Source: Nitrospirota bacterium (GTDB lineage Bacteria; Nitrospirota; UBA9217). Taken from it: a DNA stretch of 64,000 nt. Of this stretch, positions 63,392 through 64,000 are shown piece by piece. The translations under genes and the position numbers were made by a program. Every line of letters starts with the position of its first letter. The stretch's first letter is position 1. The notes under the pieces were generated by a model that was not told the origin of the DNA, made no database searches, and saw only the letters and a list, made by a program, of their open reading frames with translations. The stretch is taken from the NCBI GenBank assembly GCA_963737155.1, contig CAVTRN010000002.1:448001-512000 (forward strand), read 5' to 3'.

Positions 63392-63880
63392 ATGGTCCTG
63401 ATACATGAAGCTTCAGAAGCGATCTCCCGTCCTTCCCTTTATTCTCAGCTCTGCATGGATGACGGCGTTGTCCTTTCCGAGGATGATGCAAAAAAGATCT
63501 TAGCGCAGACAAAGAGCTATTCTGATTACACTATTGATGTTGCAGTCTCCGGTGCCACGGTCATGAGGTCTATCGCTTTGCTAATCATGGACAATCTTGT
63601 CTACAAAGGCGCATCGTTAGGCGTCGTCGAGGACGTCATCGTCCATAAGGGCTGGAGAGGTAAAGGCGTCGGTCAAACTATAATGGGAAAAGCAATGTAC
63701 TTGCGCGCATCTAAGGGTTGTTGCAAACTTGCATTTACTCCGAATAAACTTTGCATCAAAGCACCCCTGTTCTTCAAGACAGCGGGATTCGGTGAGCACA
63801 TCTCCAGTTACAGTGTCCCCATCGGGAAGATCAACACAGCCAGGCCGCGCGATGAGGCCTGGAACGGAGCGTCATCATGA
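63392..63880 (+). CDS. GNAT acetyltransferase (PhnO-like)
   Basis: VEDVIVHKGWRGKGVG acetyl-CoA motif; start uncertain. Confidence 0.75.
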   Translation: MVLIHEASEAISRPSLYSQLCMDDGVVLSEDDAKKILAQTKSYSDYTIDVAVSGATVMRSIALLIMDNLVYKGASLGVVEDVIVHKGWRGKGVGQTIMGKAMYLRASKGCCKLAFTPNKLCIKAPLFFKTAGFGEHISSYSVPIGKINTARPRDEAWNGASS

Positions 63881-64000
63881 GTATGAGAGAAAAGGATTTT
63901 ATCATTGAGAACGCCTCGCTTGTCTGCCCGGCAGCCATCATCGAGGATGGAACGCTTGTAGTGGAGAACGGCTTTATCACGGAGGTTCGCTCAGGCCGGA
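63877..64000 (+). CDS. Amidohydrolase-fold protein, 5' end only (PhnM-like?)
   Basis: ATGA overlap with the GNAT gene; IIENASLV..GTLVVENGFITEV N-terminal beta motif; runs off the window edge. Confidence 0.55.
   Translation, partial: MSMREKDFIIENASLVCPAAIIEDGTLVVENGFITEVRSGR

Noticed and set aside
1-64000. CRISPR array, tRNA or rRNA genes
   Set aside because: I found no regularly spaced repeat-spacer units, cas genes, cloverleafs or rRNA motifs by eye.

Overview
This is a 64-kb bacterial accessory region with no rRNA, tRNA or CRISPR array. The gene style suggests an anaerobic Nitrospirota- or Desulfobacterota-like organism, but that is inference only. Intact content includes many signalling genes (two histidine kinases, GGDEF-EAL, HD-GYP, HDOD) and a c-di-GMP-I riboswitch upstream of a sedolisin lipoprotein. 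A GC-rich selenocysteine formate dehydrogenase operon (fdnGHI-fdhE) is followed by FmdE-, ModE- and MoeA-like genes. There is a second, hidden selenoprotein (rhodanese, C-A-U), a four-gene PA2779 x2 / C39 peptidase / TPR lipoprotein module, asnB next to an isoaspartyl peptidase, a CusRS-type two-component system with ArnT/PAP2 envelope-modification genes, and a broken methyltransferase-interrupted NRPS. The window ends in a probable Pho-regulated phosphonate operon. Mobile elements are an intact IS3, an internally deleted IS with a 14-bp target duplication, a 5' fragment of a group IIC intron after a terminator, and a complete IS1111-group IS110 element. That element's non-coding end holds a bridge RNA whose four guide segments match its own target and donor sites. 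About ten pseudogene relics lie between the genes (MNT-HepT, napB, macB, arnA, cheD, amidohydrolase, P-II and others). The best leads are the decodable bridge RNA, the PA2779/C39 double-glycine processing module, a secreted peptide with three NGITVF repeats, the Sec rhodanese, and a duplicated CusR-box promoter ahead of lipid A modification genes.
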